From Gammaproteobacteria bacterium (lineage in GTDB: Bacteria; Pseudomonadota; Gammaproteobacteria; SURF-13), in NCBI GenBank assembly GCA_016195665.1, contig JACPZD010000024.1, forward strand, positions 23,997-87,996: a DNA stretch of 64,000 bases, read 5' to 3'. Shown piece by piece: positions 30,788 to 40,597 of the stretch; position 1 is the stretch's first letter, and every line of letters begins with the position of its first letter. The notes beneath the pieces were generated by a model, which was not told where the DNA came from, ran no database searches, and saw only the letters and a program-made list of their open reading frames with translations. The position numbers and the translations under genes are program-made.

Positions 30788-30860
30788 AATTTCACCGCAG
30801 AGGGCGCGGAGGAGAAATAAGTTATTTGATCGCAGTTCTCTGTGTCCTCCGCGGTGAAAC
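30788..30860. repeat. hairpin repeat family B, copy 2
   Basis: TTCACCGCAGAGGGCGCGGAGGAG...CTGTGTCCTCCGCGGTGAA. Confidence 0.7.
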
Positions 30861-30863
30861 GTT

Positions 30864-31831
30864 TTATTTGTAACCCCACAAACGGTGCATATCAATGTTG
30901 ACGACCTTGTCGCGCGCCACCATTTCCCGTATTGCATAATTTTCATGAGTGGTGTCGCGCCGCGCAGGGGCAAGCAGCGGGGCGGCGCGCGGCCCCATGA
31001 CGCTCTGTACGACAGGACAATTCCCCGCCGCGCCGCGCTTTATGACAATAGCGATCTCGCCGTTCGCCAGCCTCACGAAGGCGCCTGGAGGGAATACCCC
31101 AAGTTCCTTGATGAATAATTGCGCCAGCTCCGCGTCCAATTCTTCCCCCCGCTTCAAAAAAATATCGCGTAGCGCATCCTTGGCGAGAATTTGATTTCGG
31201 TAGACGCGCGGGGCGATCATCGCGCTGTATGAATCCGCCAGCGAGACGATGCGCACGCTGAGCGGGATGTCTTCGCCACGCAGGGCGCCCAGGTAGCCGC
31301 TGCCGTCCAGCTTTTCGTGATGGTGCAACACGGTCTTGATCCACACCTGGTCTTGAACTCCCGACTCGGTGAGCAGATCGGCGGCTTGCAAGGGGTGCAA
31401 CCGAATCGCTTCCCTTCATCCGTCAGGGGCGTCTCCTGTTTTTGCAAGGTTTCCTGCAGGTCTATCATCGCTACGTTGGCGGTCAGCGCCGCGGCGAGTA
31501 TCGGGAGACGTTCTTCCGGGGAAACGCCCTTGCGTTTGGCGATGAGTTCGCTGAGTGTGGCGACCGCCAGCGGATGGGTGAGGGTGTAGCGCCCTTCGAC
31601 GTCGGTATGGAACATTGCCAGCACCGCGTCGGAATCCGTCTCGCACAGGGTTCGCAGTTCTTTGTAAAGTTTGATGACCCGCTCCGGCGGATCATCGCCT
31701 TGACGGTAAATGATGCCGTGAAAGATAGCCTTCAGCCGGATCTGGAAATCCTCCAGAAGGTGAAACGGATTTTTCCAACCGCGAGCTTCTCCTGATCTGA
31801 ACAAAGAACTACATCTCAGCCCATAAGTCAA
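30864..31831 (-). pseudogene. HD-GYP phosphodiesterase gene split by a -1 frameshift
   Basis: 31217..31831 encodes the N-terminal part through ...LQKQETPLTDEG. 30864..31400, in another frame, continues ...RLHPLQAADLL...HHHEKLDGSGY... (HD-GYP signature). The two join if one nt is restored near 31410..31416 (GGG run). Confidence 0.7.
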
Positions 31832-32652
31832 GAAGTTGTATCGGCACCTTTAAGATATTGCGACCAATCCCGTTCGGGATCGCCGGATACGAAAAAATGG
31901 GGATTGAGCAGATCGGATTTGGTGTTATAGCACAGGGTTTGCATGCGGGTGTCGGTCACCCGGCCGCCGGCCTCCTCGACGATACACTGCGCGGCGGCGG
32001 TGTCCCATTCGGAGGTGGGGCCCAGGCGCGGGTAAACATCGGCCCGGCCCTCGGCCACCAGACAGGATTTGAGCGAGCTGCCGATGCTCAGGATTTCATG
32101 GTCGCCGAGCCGGGCAAGAAAGCCGCGCAGGCTGTCGCCGCTGTGCGAACGGCTGGCGGCCACCGTACACCGCCCGCCCGCATAGCGCCGGGTGTGTATG
32201 GCCTGGGGTAGGGCGTCCGGGACTTGTTTGTAGGCGCCGTGACCACGGCTCGCAAAGTAGCAAAGGCCGGTCACCGGCGCATACACTACACCCAGCACGG
32301 GGTGTTGCTCATCAATAAGCGCAATGTTCACCGTGAACTCGCCGTTGCGCTTGATGAATTCGCGGGTGCCGTCGAGCGGATCTATCAGCCAATATCGCCG
32401 CCACGCGGCGCGCTCGCTGAACGGGATATGGGCGGACTCCTCCGATAACATGGGCAGATCGGGCGTGATCCGCCTCAAGCCCTCACAAATCGTCTGGTGC
32501 GCGGCGAGGTCGGCGTGGGTGAGCGGCGTGAGGTCGTCTTTGTGGGTCACGGCGAAGTCGGTGGTGTAGATCTGCATGATCTTGCGCCCGGCCTCTGCGG
32601 CGATTTCAACTACCGCTTTCAGAAAACGGCTGGGGTTGTCGTGGTTGCTCAT
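31828..32652 (-). CDS. cysQ: 3'(2'),5'-bisphosphate nucleotidase
   Basis: Start at MSNHDNPSRFLK; inositol-monophosphatase motifs (WLIDPLDGT, WDTAAA). Confidence 0.85.
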   Translation of the reverse strand: MSNHDNPSRFLKAVVEIAAEAGRKIMQIYTTDFAVTHKDDLTPLTHADLAAHQTICEGLRRITPDLPMLSEESAHIPFSERAAWRRYWLIDPLDGTREFIKRNGEFTVNIALIDEQHPVLGVVYAPVTGLCYFASRGHGAYKQVPDALPQAIHTRRYAGGRCTVAASRSHSGDSLRGFLARLGDHEILSIGSSLKSCLVAEGRADVYPRLGPTSEWDTAAAQCIVEEAGGRVTDTRMQTLCYNTKSDLLNPHFFVSGDPERDWSQYLKGADTTS

Positions 32653-33191
32653 TTCAGCAGCATCTCGCGGACGATAAATAACGCGGCGATGCTGCGTGCC
32701 TCGGTGCACTCGTCCTCTGCCAACAGCGCTTTAAGCTCGCTCAGCTTCCACGGCACGACCTCGATCTCTTCCGGTTCATCGCCGGGCTGTTTATCGGGAT
32801 ACAGGTCTTGGGCAAGCACGATGTGCGTGACATTGCCCTGATAACCCGGCGCCAGGGTGAGCGAGGTGATATGGCTCAGCGTGCGCGCGCCGTAACCGAC
32901 CTCCTCCTTGATCTCGCGGTCGGCGGCGTCGAGCAGCGCCTCGCCCTTCTCGACTCGCCCCTTGGGCAGGGCGAGATCGTAGCGTTCGACACCGGCGGCG
33001 TATTCGCGAATCAGCAGCACGGTGTCGTTATCCAGCATGGGCACGATCAGCACCGCGCCGCGCGGGGAACTGCGCAGGCGTTCGTACTCAACCTCGACGC
33101 CGTTGGAAAACCGCAGGGCGACCTGCTCTACATGAAAGATACGGGTCTTGGCGAGGGTCTGGGTGCGGAGGATTTGCGGGGGTTTGGGCAT
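32649..33191 (-). CDS. nudE: ADP compounds hydrolase (Nudix)
   Basis: Start at MPKPPQIL; Nudix box GRVEKGEALLDAADREIKEEVG; near-collinear with E. coli NudE; nudE-cysQ adjacency as in E. coli. Confidence 0.85.
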   Translation of the reverse strand: MPKPPQILRTQTLAKTRIFHVEQVALRFSNGVEVEYERLRSSPRGAVLIVPMLDNDTVLLIREYAAGVERYDLALPKGRVEKGEALLDAADREIKEEVGYGARTLSHITSLTLAPGYQGNVTHIVLAQDLYPDKQPGDEPEEIEVVPWKLSELKALLAEDECTEARSIAALFIVREMLLK

Positions 33192-33207
33192 TGCCTCATC
33201 CGTTTTG

Positions 33208-33288
33208 AACCGCCAAGACGCCGAGAACGCCAAGATCTTTTTTTATAATTCAAAAGTTTCTCTTGGTGAACTTGGCGCCTTGGCGGTT
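33208..33288. repeat. hairpin repeat family D, copy 2
   Basis: CCGCCAAGACGCCGAGAACGCCAAG...CTTGGCGCCTTGGCGGTT, immediately upstream of the nudE start. Confidence 0.6.
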
Positions 33289-33312
33289 GACGATATAGCT
33301 TTCAGAGGTTCC

Positions 33313-35484
33313 TTAGAACCTGTAGCGGGTGAGCGGGATTTGCCTGCCATCGGGCAATGTGAGGGTAGCCTCGGTGGCATTAGTGAATTGCAGTGTGACA
33401 GCGCCCACATTGCTGGGGTTCGAGGGCGGATGATGCGTGCCGGTCAAGGTTTGTCCGTTGGCATATTGCTGCCAGGTCCCTTGATAGAGCGTCGCAGTGC
33501 TCATCGTGCCGCTCGTGCTATACCAGATGGGGTTGCCGCTCGCATCATACATGTAACCGGCCATGAATAACGTGTTGCCCTGAATCTCGATGGTGAAGCC
33601 GCGGCCGCTTTCGGCGGCGTTCCACCACCAGCCGGTCTCGGGCTGGAAGGCGGGCGTGCCCGAACCGTACATATAACGCTCTACGGGTATCGTCCCGCCG
33701 GGCCAGGTGAGGGTGGCATGACTGGGGTCGCTAAACTGGAGGCTGACCGCTCCCACGTTGGCATTGGTCAGCGAGGCCGGCTGGTAAACACCGGTCAAGG
33801 TTTGGCCGTTGCCGAAGGATTGCAACACGCCGTTGTACTGGGTCGGGCTGCTCATCGCACCTGCCGAGGTAAGCCAGGTGGCGCGGCCGCCGTCGGCGTA
33901 CAAATAACCGGCCATGAATAAATTATTGCCTTGCACTTCGATGCTGAAGCCGCGGCCGCTTTCGGCGGGATTCCACCACCAGCCGTCCATGACCACAGGG
34001 GCGGTCAGGGCCTGGGTGACGGCCGCGGCGGCATTGATGATGCCCGCGCCGCACAGCGCCGTGGTGCAGTTCGATCCGGCGGGAAAGGCGCGTGCGGTGG
34101 ATTGAATGATGGACAGCACCTGCGCGGGACTTAAGCCGGGGTTGACCGAGAGCATCAGCGACACGATACCCGCGACGTGGGGCGTGGCCATGCTGGTGCC
34201 TTCGTAGTACTGGTAATCGTCGCTCTGCGCCAGCACCTTGCCGTCATTGAGCGTGGACAGCACGCCGTTGGGATCGCTGTGGTAAGCCTTCTCTCCGCCC
34301 GGCGCGGCGATTTTTACCAAGGAACCGAAGTTGCTGTAGGACGCCTTGGAGCCGCTGCGATTGGTGGCGGCGACTGAAATAACGCCGTTGCAGTTCGCCG
34401 GGCTAGCCACATCGGTATTCTCATTGTCGCGATGGTTGCCGGCGGCAACCACCACCACCGCACCGGCGGCGACAATGTCGTTGATGGCGGTCTGTTCGGT
34501 GATGCTACAGGGTCCGGCGCCACCCAGGCTCAGGTTCAACACCTTGGCGGGGTTGGGGTTAGAAGGCGCTCCCGTGACAGGCAGGCCCGCCGCCCAGCGC
34601 ATGCCGTCGGTGATATCCGATGCGTGCCCGTTGCCACACTTGCCCAGTACACGCACCGGCAGAATCTTCGATACCCAATTGACGCCCGCCACGCCGCGCC
34701 CATTATTCGTGGCGGCGCCGAGGGTGCCCGCGACATGGGTGCCGTGCCAGGAACTATAAGTGGGTTTGCAATCTGTAAAAAACCCCAGCGAGGTGATGCC
34801 CAAGTATTCATAGTCGGAGACCCAGTCCCCCGGATCGGTCGGATCGCTATCGCGGCCATCGCCGTCGTTGGCCCTGAAAAAAATACCCGGCGCGTCTTCG
34901 GAGACAAAGTCATAACCCGGCAGCATGCGCCCCGCCAGGTCTTCATGCGGCAGAATCCCGGTATCCACCACTGCCACCACGACATTGGCGGAGCCGGTGG
35001 TCACATCCCACGCCGCGGGCAGATTGACCGCGCCGATCTCATCGCTGCTTGCCTTGTAGTGCCATTGATTGACGTACTGCGTATCGTTGGGCGCTTTCAT
35101 GTGATGCATGAGGCGGTCGGGTTCGACATATTCGACCTCCGGCAGAGCCTGCAGGCGGCGCACGATGGCTTGCATCTCGGCCTCGCTCATCGGCCGCGGC
35201 AACTTCAGCACCTGCGCCCCGCCGGACATGGGGCGCAAAGGAGTGAGCGGAACGCCGGCCTTGCGGCTCATCGCCTTGAGCTTGTCGCCGGACAGCGGCG
35301 CCGCCCGGGCGCTCTGCTTGCCGTCCGCCGCCGGACTGCGGAGCTTGACGATGATCCGGTCGGTGCTGCTGAGTTTGGGCGTCAGCCGCGGTTCGGTGAG
35401 ATCATCAGCCGAAACAATCACCGGAAACACCGCAAGACAGACCGCGATGACAGCCAGCGTGTGCTTAAGCATCTTGAATTTCAT
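33313..35484 (-). CDS. secreted subtilisin-like serine peptidase (S8) with two tandem C-terminal domains of about 110 aa
   Basis: Signal peptide MKFKMLKHTLAVIAVCLAVFPVIVSA; D/H/S triad regions (VVDTG..., HGTHVAG, GTSMATPHVAG). C-terminal duplicated unit GWWWN.AESGRGF.IE.QGN.LFMAGY.Y...G...W..S.G.MS..T.Y.G. Confidence 0.85.
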   Translation of the reverse strand: MKFKMLKHTLAVIAVCLAVFPVIVSADDLTEPRLTPKLSSTDRIIVKLRSPAADGKQSARAAPLSGDKLKAMSRKAGVPLTPLRPMSGGAQVLKLPRPMSEAEMQAIVRRLQALPEVEYVEPDRLMHHMKAPNDTQYVNQWHYKASSDEIGAVNLPAAWDVTTGSANVVVAVVDTGILPHEDLAGRMLPGYDFVSEDAPGIFFRANDGDGRDSDPTDPGDWVSDYEYLGITSLGFFTDCKPTYSSWHGTHVAGTLGAATNNGRGVAGVNWVSKILPVRVLGKCGNGHASDITDGMRWAAGLPVTGAPSNPNPAKVLNLSLGGAGPCSITEQTAINDIVAAGAVVVVAAGNHRDNENTDVASPANCNGVISVAATNRSGSKASYSNFGSLVKIAAPGGEKAYHSDPNGVLSTLNDGKVLAQSDDYQYYEGTSMATPHVAGIVSLMLSVNPGLSPAQVLSIIQSTARAFPAGSNCTTALCGAGIINAAAAVTQALTAPVVMDGWWWNPAESGRGFSIEVQGNNLFMAGYLYADGGRATWLTSAGAMSSPTQYNGVLQSFGNGQTLTGVYQPASLTNANVGAVSLQFSDPSHATLTWPGGTIPVERYMYGSGTPAFQPETGWWWNAAESGRGFTIEIQGNTLFMAGYMYDASGNPIWYSTSGTMSTATLYQGTWQQYANGQTLTGTHHPPSNPSNVGAVTLQFTNATEATLTLPDGRQIPLTRYRF

Positions 35485-35542
35485 ACGTTTACTCCCCTTC
35501 GAAATAGCTCTCAAAGATTTTATTAGCAAGAACCATGCCTTT

Positions 35543-36211
35543 TCATTGCCGTTCCGGCTGCGGCGGATGTTTTTTCATCTCCTCCTCGATTTGTTTTTGC
35601 ATCTGCTCCATCTGTGGGGTGAATTCGCTCATGTTGCGCTGCATCGCCTCGCCGCTCTGAGCCATTTGGCGCGCCGCCTGATAGGCGCTGATCTGGAATA
35701 ACGCCAACAGCGCGGTGAGAATGCCGAACACGATCCAGGCGGCCTTGGCGGCGATACCGTGGACCTCTACACTGGCGATGACCAGCAGATAGAGCATCCA
35801 TACGAGCCCCACCAGATGAAGGTAGGGCACAAAGCCGAGTAGCGTAGTGATGGGTGTGATGGCGGAAACATAGGCCAGGCAGCGGTAGGCCGTTTCATAG
35901 TTTTGAGTCGAGCCTATCAGCTTCCAGATCACATACAGAATCCCGGCGCCGATGAAGCTGAAGATGGCCGCAAAAATGGGAACAATAATGATGCTTGCAA
36001 AGGCCATCCCTGCGGCAAACATGGGATGGACGCCGATAAAGAATCCCAAGGACTGCAGCAAACCATTCACTACCGCGATGGCGATTACAAAGATCAGTGG
36101 ATCAAGCAGGCCTCCGGTCTTGGACATGCTGCGAAAAAAAGCGACCGGCGTGGTGATGACTTTGATGACCTGGTCAGGGATAACGGCCAGGTTGATTTGA
36201 CTGGTTTCCAT
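35543..36211 (-). CDS. Yip1-domain polytopic membrane protein
   Basis: 222 aa, five TM helices, Yip1-like topology; glutamine-rich C-terminal tail. Confidence 0.65.
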   Translation of the reverse strand: METSQINLAVIPDQVIKVITTPVAFFRSMSKTGGLLDPLIFVIAIAVVNGLLQSLGFFIGVHPMFAAGMAFASIIIVPIFAAIFSFIGAGILYVIWKLIGSTQNYETAYRCLAYVSAITPITTLLGFVPYLHLVGLVWMLYLLVIASVEVHGIAAKAAWIVFGILTALLALFQISAYQAARQMAQSGEAMQRNMSEFTPQMEQMQKQIEEEMKKHPPQPERQ

Positions 36212-36292
36212 AGTGCCCCCGTGGTGAGTGGTTTAGGAGGCCACTCTGACACGGGAGTTAGGTTATGTCTAGCTTAGGACGCCCTAACAGGA

Positions 36293-36446
36293 TGTTGAAA
36301 AAAGGCCATCCATGGCCTTTTTTCAACTCACAAAGCAAAAAACGCGGTTTTTGCTTTGCTCCATTTTTCAAGCACATAAACCGTGCTTGAAAAATGGCGG
36401 CGCATCCATGCGCCGCACGCAGACTGTTTTTCAACAGCCTGCTAAG
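36293..36446. repeat. structured repeat family E, copy 2
   Basis: TGTTGAAAAAAGGCCATCCATGGCCTTTTTTCAAC ... TTTTTCAAGCACATAAACCGTGCTTGAAAAA ... GGCGCATCCATGCGCC ... CTGTTTTTCAACAG, between the gspN stop and the Yip1 start. Confidence 0.6.
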
Positions 36447-37218
36447 GCTTGGGCTTTGCAGCCGCCGCCGGCTCACCTGCATAGACACCCGACCAGGCCA
36501 CGCTGACGGCGCCGTTGGGGCCGGGCGTACCCAAGAATTTCAGACCCTCGGCGAGTTCGGGATTACGTGTAGCCAGCGTGCCGGTGAATTGATAACCGCC
36601 GTCCGGTTTCAGTAGCAGCACGCCTTGCGCTTGCAGCGGACCGCCGGTGTCGTGCAACACGCCTTTCACGCCGCTCGCGTCGCTGCTCAGGTTCATTTCG
36701 AGGTCACCGAGCGCGACCGGCTGCGGGGCTGAAAAACCCGCCCCATGCCAGACCATGCGGCCACGCCCGCTGGTGATGATCCCTTTCTTTATGCTGATGT
36801 CCTGAAGATCCACTCCCAATACCCCTTGAGGTTTGAACGGGCCGAGATTGGGCAAGCCGGGCAGATCCGCTATCGGCAGATGGCCCTCTATTCCGCGCAC
36901 CCATACCGCGCCGGTGAGTTTGCGGGCAATCGTCCCGAAGCTCTTGCTGGTCTCGCCGTCCGAATGCCAGCTCAGCTCCAAACGCCCCAACAGCAGTTTG
37001 CGCGCCTGCAGTTCCCACTGCAGCGAGCCGAGGCGGTGCTGTCCATAGTCGGCCTGGGCCGCGCGCCCCGACCAGACGCTGCCCTCCAGGCCGTACAAAT
37101 GCAAGTTTCCCAGTCCGCCCTTGAACAGGCTGTAGGCGTGGGATGCGGGAAGAGTACCCACCAGAAAGACGAGGTAGGCGACGAGGACGGCGCCGAGGTA
37201 CCGCGCCAGGGTGTTCAT
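36442..37218 (-). CDS. gspN: type II secretion system protein N
   Basis: 258 aa, N-terminal TM anchor; last gene of the gsp operon. Confidence 0.7.
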   Translation of the reverse strand: MNTLARYLGAVLVAYLVFLVGTLPASHAYSLFKGGLGNLHLYGLEGSVWSGRAAQADYGQHRLGSLQWELQARKLLLGRLELSWHSDGETSKSFGTIARKLTGAVWVRGIEGHLPIADLPGLPNLGPFKPQGVLGVDLQDISIKKGIITSGRGRMVWHGAGFSAPQPVALGDLEMNLSSDASGVKGVLHDTGGPLQAQGVLLLKPDGGYQFTGTLATRNPELAEGLKFLGTPGPNGAVSVAWSGVYAGEPAAAAKPKP

Positions 37219-37715
37219 GTCCCCTCTTCTTCCAGGCCAACCCGGGCGTTGACCTGCCCCGGTGTCTCCTGGCGCTCCACCACGAGGGTGGCGATGTGCA
37301 CGCCGTAGTCACGCTGCAGCGCCTCCAGCCACAACACGAGGTCATCGAAATTGGCCTGTTCGAACCACACCCGCACGCCGGTCTGGCCCTCCGGCTCCAC
37401 GCGCTTCATGGCCGGCCCGAGCCGGCTGTTTTTGGCGGACTGATCCACCAGGGCGAGCAGCGACTGGCCGGGAGAGATTTTGCCCACATTGGGCCTGCCC
37501 GCACGCAACTGCGCTACCTCGCGCGCCGCCTGCTGCATCCACTGCGCCGTGGCTTGCTGTTCCTTGACCGTCTCGCGCAGGGTCTGCTGGCGCGTCGTCA
37601 ATGGACTCCACACCAAGGCATAGAATAACAATAACACCAGCGCGGCGGCGCCAGCTGCCAGCATGCGCTGTTCGCGCGTCTGTAATTGCAGATACCAGAT
37701 CTTGAGTTTTTCCAT
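37215..37715 (-). CDS. gspM: type II secretion system protein M
   Basis: 166 aa bitopic protein; position and size consistent with GspM. Confidence 0.7.
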   Translation of the reverse strand: MEKLKIWYLQLQTREQRMLAAGAAALVLLLFYALVWSPLTTRQQTLRETVKEQQATAQWMQQAAREVAQLRAGRPNVGKISPGQSLLALVDQSAKNSRLGPAMKRVEPEGQTGVRVWFEQANFDDLVLWLEALQRDYGVHIATLVVERQETPGQVNARVGLEEEGT

Positions 37716-37719
37716 AACG

Positions 37720-38976
37720 CTAGCTTTTCTTGGCCCGTAATTGCAGGCGGCTCTCCACCTTGTTGTCGCGGGAGCTGGCCGATTGAATCTCCGCTTCCAT
37801 CTTCGATTGCGCCGCGAGCCGCTGCTTGAGTTGATCCAGCACCTGAAGATCCTGAACCCTGAGGTCGAGATTCAACTGGCCTTCCTTGAATGTGATGTTG
37901 CGCAGCTCCAGATTGGGGGTGTCCTTGAGCGGACCGCCGGCCTGCGTCAATAATTCCAGAAAGCCCTCACCCGCTCCTTTGTTGCCGCGCAGCGCGTCCA
38001 GACGCCGCTGCATCTGCACCTTGGGGTTGACCACCTTGCTGGCATCGGGAAAGGCCTGGAGATACGTCTGTTCGATCTGTTTTTGCAGTTTCGGCGACTG
38101 ACGGCTCAGGCTGACGACCTCGCTCACGGTCATCCCTACATACACGACCAACCATAACGCCAGCAGCGCGGCGGCGGGTTTCCACGGACGCCACAGCTTT
38201 TCGAGTTGCTCGCGCCGGCTATAGTCGCCTTGCAAGAGATTGATGGCGAGATCTTCGTGGCAGTTGCGAGCCAGCACCGCCAAGGCGTCTTCGGGGGAGG
38301 CCTCACGGCTCACCGCCATGCCCAAGGTCTGAGGCCATGTCTCGGCAGGCAGCGCAGGCGCGCCCGGGGTGTCCAGGATACGCAGCCGCGCGGGGCCGGC
38401 ATCGCCGGCCTCAGCGATGGCCAGGCTGAGCAGGGTTTCGAGGTTGTCGTGATCGGCCGCAAAACCCGCTTGCGCGCCGCTGCGGCAGAGTGCGCCTCCT
38501 GCTTCGCGCAGCACCGTCCACGTCCCTTCCTCGTAAGGCAGCGCGAGGACGGCGGGAACCAGCAGATCAGGCTGGAAACCGGCGCCGCGCAAGTAGCCCA
38601 GCCAGGCATCCATCTTGCCCCGCGCCACCACTGCAACGGAAATGGCCTGATCGGCCTGCCGGCCCAGCGCAAAATGTAAGTCCTCGACCTCGCTGCCGAG
38701 CTGATCTTCCAGGGCATAGGGGATGGCCTGCGCGAGGCGCTGGCGGCCCACATTGGGAACGGCGGCGCCCGCCAGCAACACGTCGCTGGCGGGCGTCAAG
38801 ACAATGACCTGCCGGCCGGGAGCAAGCGCCAGCGCTTCCTGGATGCGCCCATGCGCGACGGCCCCTTGCGGCTCGCCGGCGTCATCCATCGCCAGCCAGC
38901 TCAAGGCGAACGCTGACTCGCCGGCCGCGGCGCCGCTTGTGTCATCAATACGAATAAATAACCGGTTACGCATCAA
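37720..38976 (-). CDS. gspL: type II secretion system protein L
   Basis: 418 aa; cytoplasmic actin-like domain plus a TM segment; between gspK and gspM. Confidence 0.75.
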   Translation of the reverse strand: MMRNRLFIRIDDTSGAAAGESAFALSWLAMDDAGEPQGAVAHGRIQEALALAPGRQVIVLTPASDVLLAGAAVPNVGRQRLAQAIPYALEDQLGSEVEDLHFALGRQADQAISVAVVARGKMDAWLGYLRGAGFQPDLLVPAVLALPYEEGTWTVLREAGGALCRSGAQAGFAADHDNLETLLSLAIAEAGDAGPARLRILDTPGAPALPAETWPQTLGMAVSREASPEDALAVLARNCHEDLAINLLQGDYSRREQLEKLWRPWKPAAALLALWLVVYVGMTVSEVVSLSRQSPKLQKQIEQTYLQAFPDASKVVNPKVQMQRRLDALRGNKGAGEGFLELLTQAGGPLKDTPNLELRNITFKEGQLNLDLRVQDLQVLDQLKQRLAAQSKMEAEIQSASSRDNKVESRLQLRAKKS

Positions 38977-39959
38977 TAGTCGCCTATGCCCCGCATCAAA
39001 ACCTGGACTTTCCCTGTGGGGTCCCGATACAGCAAGGTGTGTAACTGTACCTGTCCGCGCCCGGCCTCGCCAGTGGCCGTGACCAAAAAATGATTGCTGG
39101 AGATGTCGGCGCGCGCGGTGACTTTGTCCGCACCCACGATATCGGTGAACTGGGTAATGGTCTCAAATCCCTTGCCTTCGCGCACATCGAGCAGCCGCGC
39201 CGCACCTGCCGTATCCAAATTGGCGACCAGCGCCGCCAGCACGGGGGCAGGGGCGGTATTGACGTTGATGGGGGTAGGCAGAGGCACCGGCGAGCCCGTG
39301 CCGATGAGCGCGCGCAGCGGCAACGCCGTGACGTAGGGTTCCAGGGTCTTTACGATCTCGGGAGTAAAACCCTTGACCAGTGCGAGTTCGCTGGGGCTGA
39401 CCATAGGGGCGTTGGCGGTGCGATAGGGCGGCTTGCGGTCGAGGTAGTCCAAATCTTCCGCCCCGTTGGGTAGTTGATCCACGTTCACGTCTATCCAGTC
39501 TATCGCGGCTTGGGCGAGATCCGGATCGAGATGCAGGTTGGCGAGCAGGCGCTGAAAGACCAGCAGATCAGCCTGACTGACGGCGTTATTCACCCACAGA
39601 TTGTTGAGGTTGAAACGGCCCTGCAGGTCTTCGATCTTGCCGGCCACCTTGCCGCCCGCGACCTCGATGGGCGGCAGCGCCGTGGCCCAGTCCTCATTCA
39701 GCGTGTCGCTCACCTTGTTCTTGGTCTGGCCGTCACGGAAATCTTGCGCTAACACGCCCTGCGCCCAGCTCTCCACCCCCAGCGTGAACAGATAGGCCTG
39801 ATCGCCGTCCAGGATATTTCCGGCGCGGCGGATATCCACCTGCTGACGCGCCGCCATGCCCACGGCGATGATGGTGACCAGCGCGACGACCAACAGTGCC
39901 GTGATGAGCGCGACACCGCGGGAGTGTTGTGGCGTGAAGATCCTTGTCCGCATCTTCAA
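38973..39959 (-). CDS. gspK: type II secretion minor pseudopilin K
   Basis: 328 aa; N-terminus RGVALITALLVVALVTIIAV. Confidence 0.8.
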   Translation of the reverse strand: MKMRTRIFTPQHSRGVALITALLVVALVTIIAVGMAARQQVDIRRAGNILDGDQAYLFTLGVESWAQGVLAQDFRDGQTKNKVSDTLNEDWATALPPIEVAGGKVAGKIEDLQGRFNLNNLWVNNAVSQADLLVFQRLLANLHLDPDLAQAAIDWIDVNVDQLPNGAEDLDYLDRKPPYRTANAPMVSPSELALVKGFTPEIVKTLEPYVTALPLRALIGTGSPVPLPTPINVNTAPAPVLAALVANLDTAGAARLLDVREGKGFETITQFTDIVGADKVTARADISSNHFLVTATGEAGRGQVQLHTLLYRDPTGKVQVLMRGIGDY

Positions 39960-40591
39960 CCTTCTCCCACTACGCGGAACAACCTGTTAATTCGCCCCCA
40001 GCCCTTGATCTCTACGCTCACTTGTATGGCGCGCGGCAAGGTGACCTTTTCATTATTCGCCGCCGCATCGGGCTTGGGCCACAGCGCTTGCTCGGCTAGA
40101 CTTTTGTCCAGAAATTGCACTTCAACCGCAGTGACGTTATCCAGCAGCACGGACTCTTGCGGCTCGGCCGACGGCCCCTGATCGAGCACACTCCAACTGA
40201 GCCGCACTAACCGGCCCTCCTTGAGCTGATAGGCGATGCGCTGCAAGTGGCTGCGCGCCTGGCCCGCCGGGTTGCGCCAGCCGGTGCGGGTAAATTCCAG
40301 CAAGGTCTCGCCGCCCGATTCGCCGCGCAGCGCCGGCTGGCGGTCGCCCAGACCGTCGCGCACGCTGCGCGCCACGATCTGTTCGATGTCACGCTCCATG
40401 CGAGTAAAACCCAACTGCAACTCCGCCAGCTCCGCCGCCTGCTTGTCGGAAGCCGCGCGGGTGTTGAGCACGCTCTGCAAGCCTCCATAGGCCATCGCCG
40501 CCACCACGCCGAAGATGGCCAAGGCCACCAACAGTTCGAGCAACGTGAAGCCGCTTGTCCTGCGGCGAAAATGATATCTAAAGTGGCTCAT
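39956..40591 (-). CDS. gspJ: type II secretion minor pseudopilin J
   Basis: Prepilin motif ...RTSG/FTLLELLVALAIFG. Confidence 0.8.
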   Translation of the reverse strand: MSHFRYHFRRRTSGFTLLELLVALAIFGVVAAMAYGGLQSVLNTRAASDKQAAELAELQLGFTRMERDIEQIVARSVRDGLGDRQPALRGESGGETLLEFTRTGWRNPAGQARSHLQRIAYQLKEGRLVRLSWSVLDQGPSAEPQESVLLDNVTAVEVQFLDKSLAEQALWPKPDAAANNEKVTLPRAIQVSVEIKGWGRINRLFRVVGEG

Positions 40592-40597
40592 GGGCCC

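Noticed and set aside
29996-31831. Genomic island or integrase expected downstream of tRNA-Phe
   Set aside because: No integrase, att-like direct repeat of the tRNA 3' end, or compositional shift was found. The downstream genes (SDR, HD-GYP) have native GC content.
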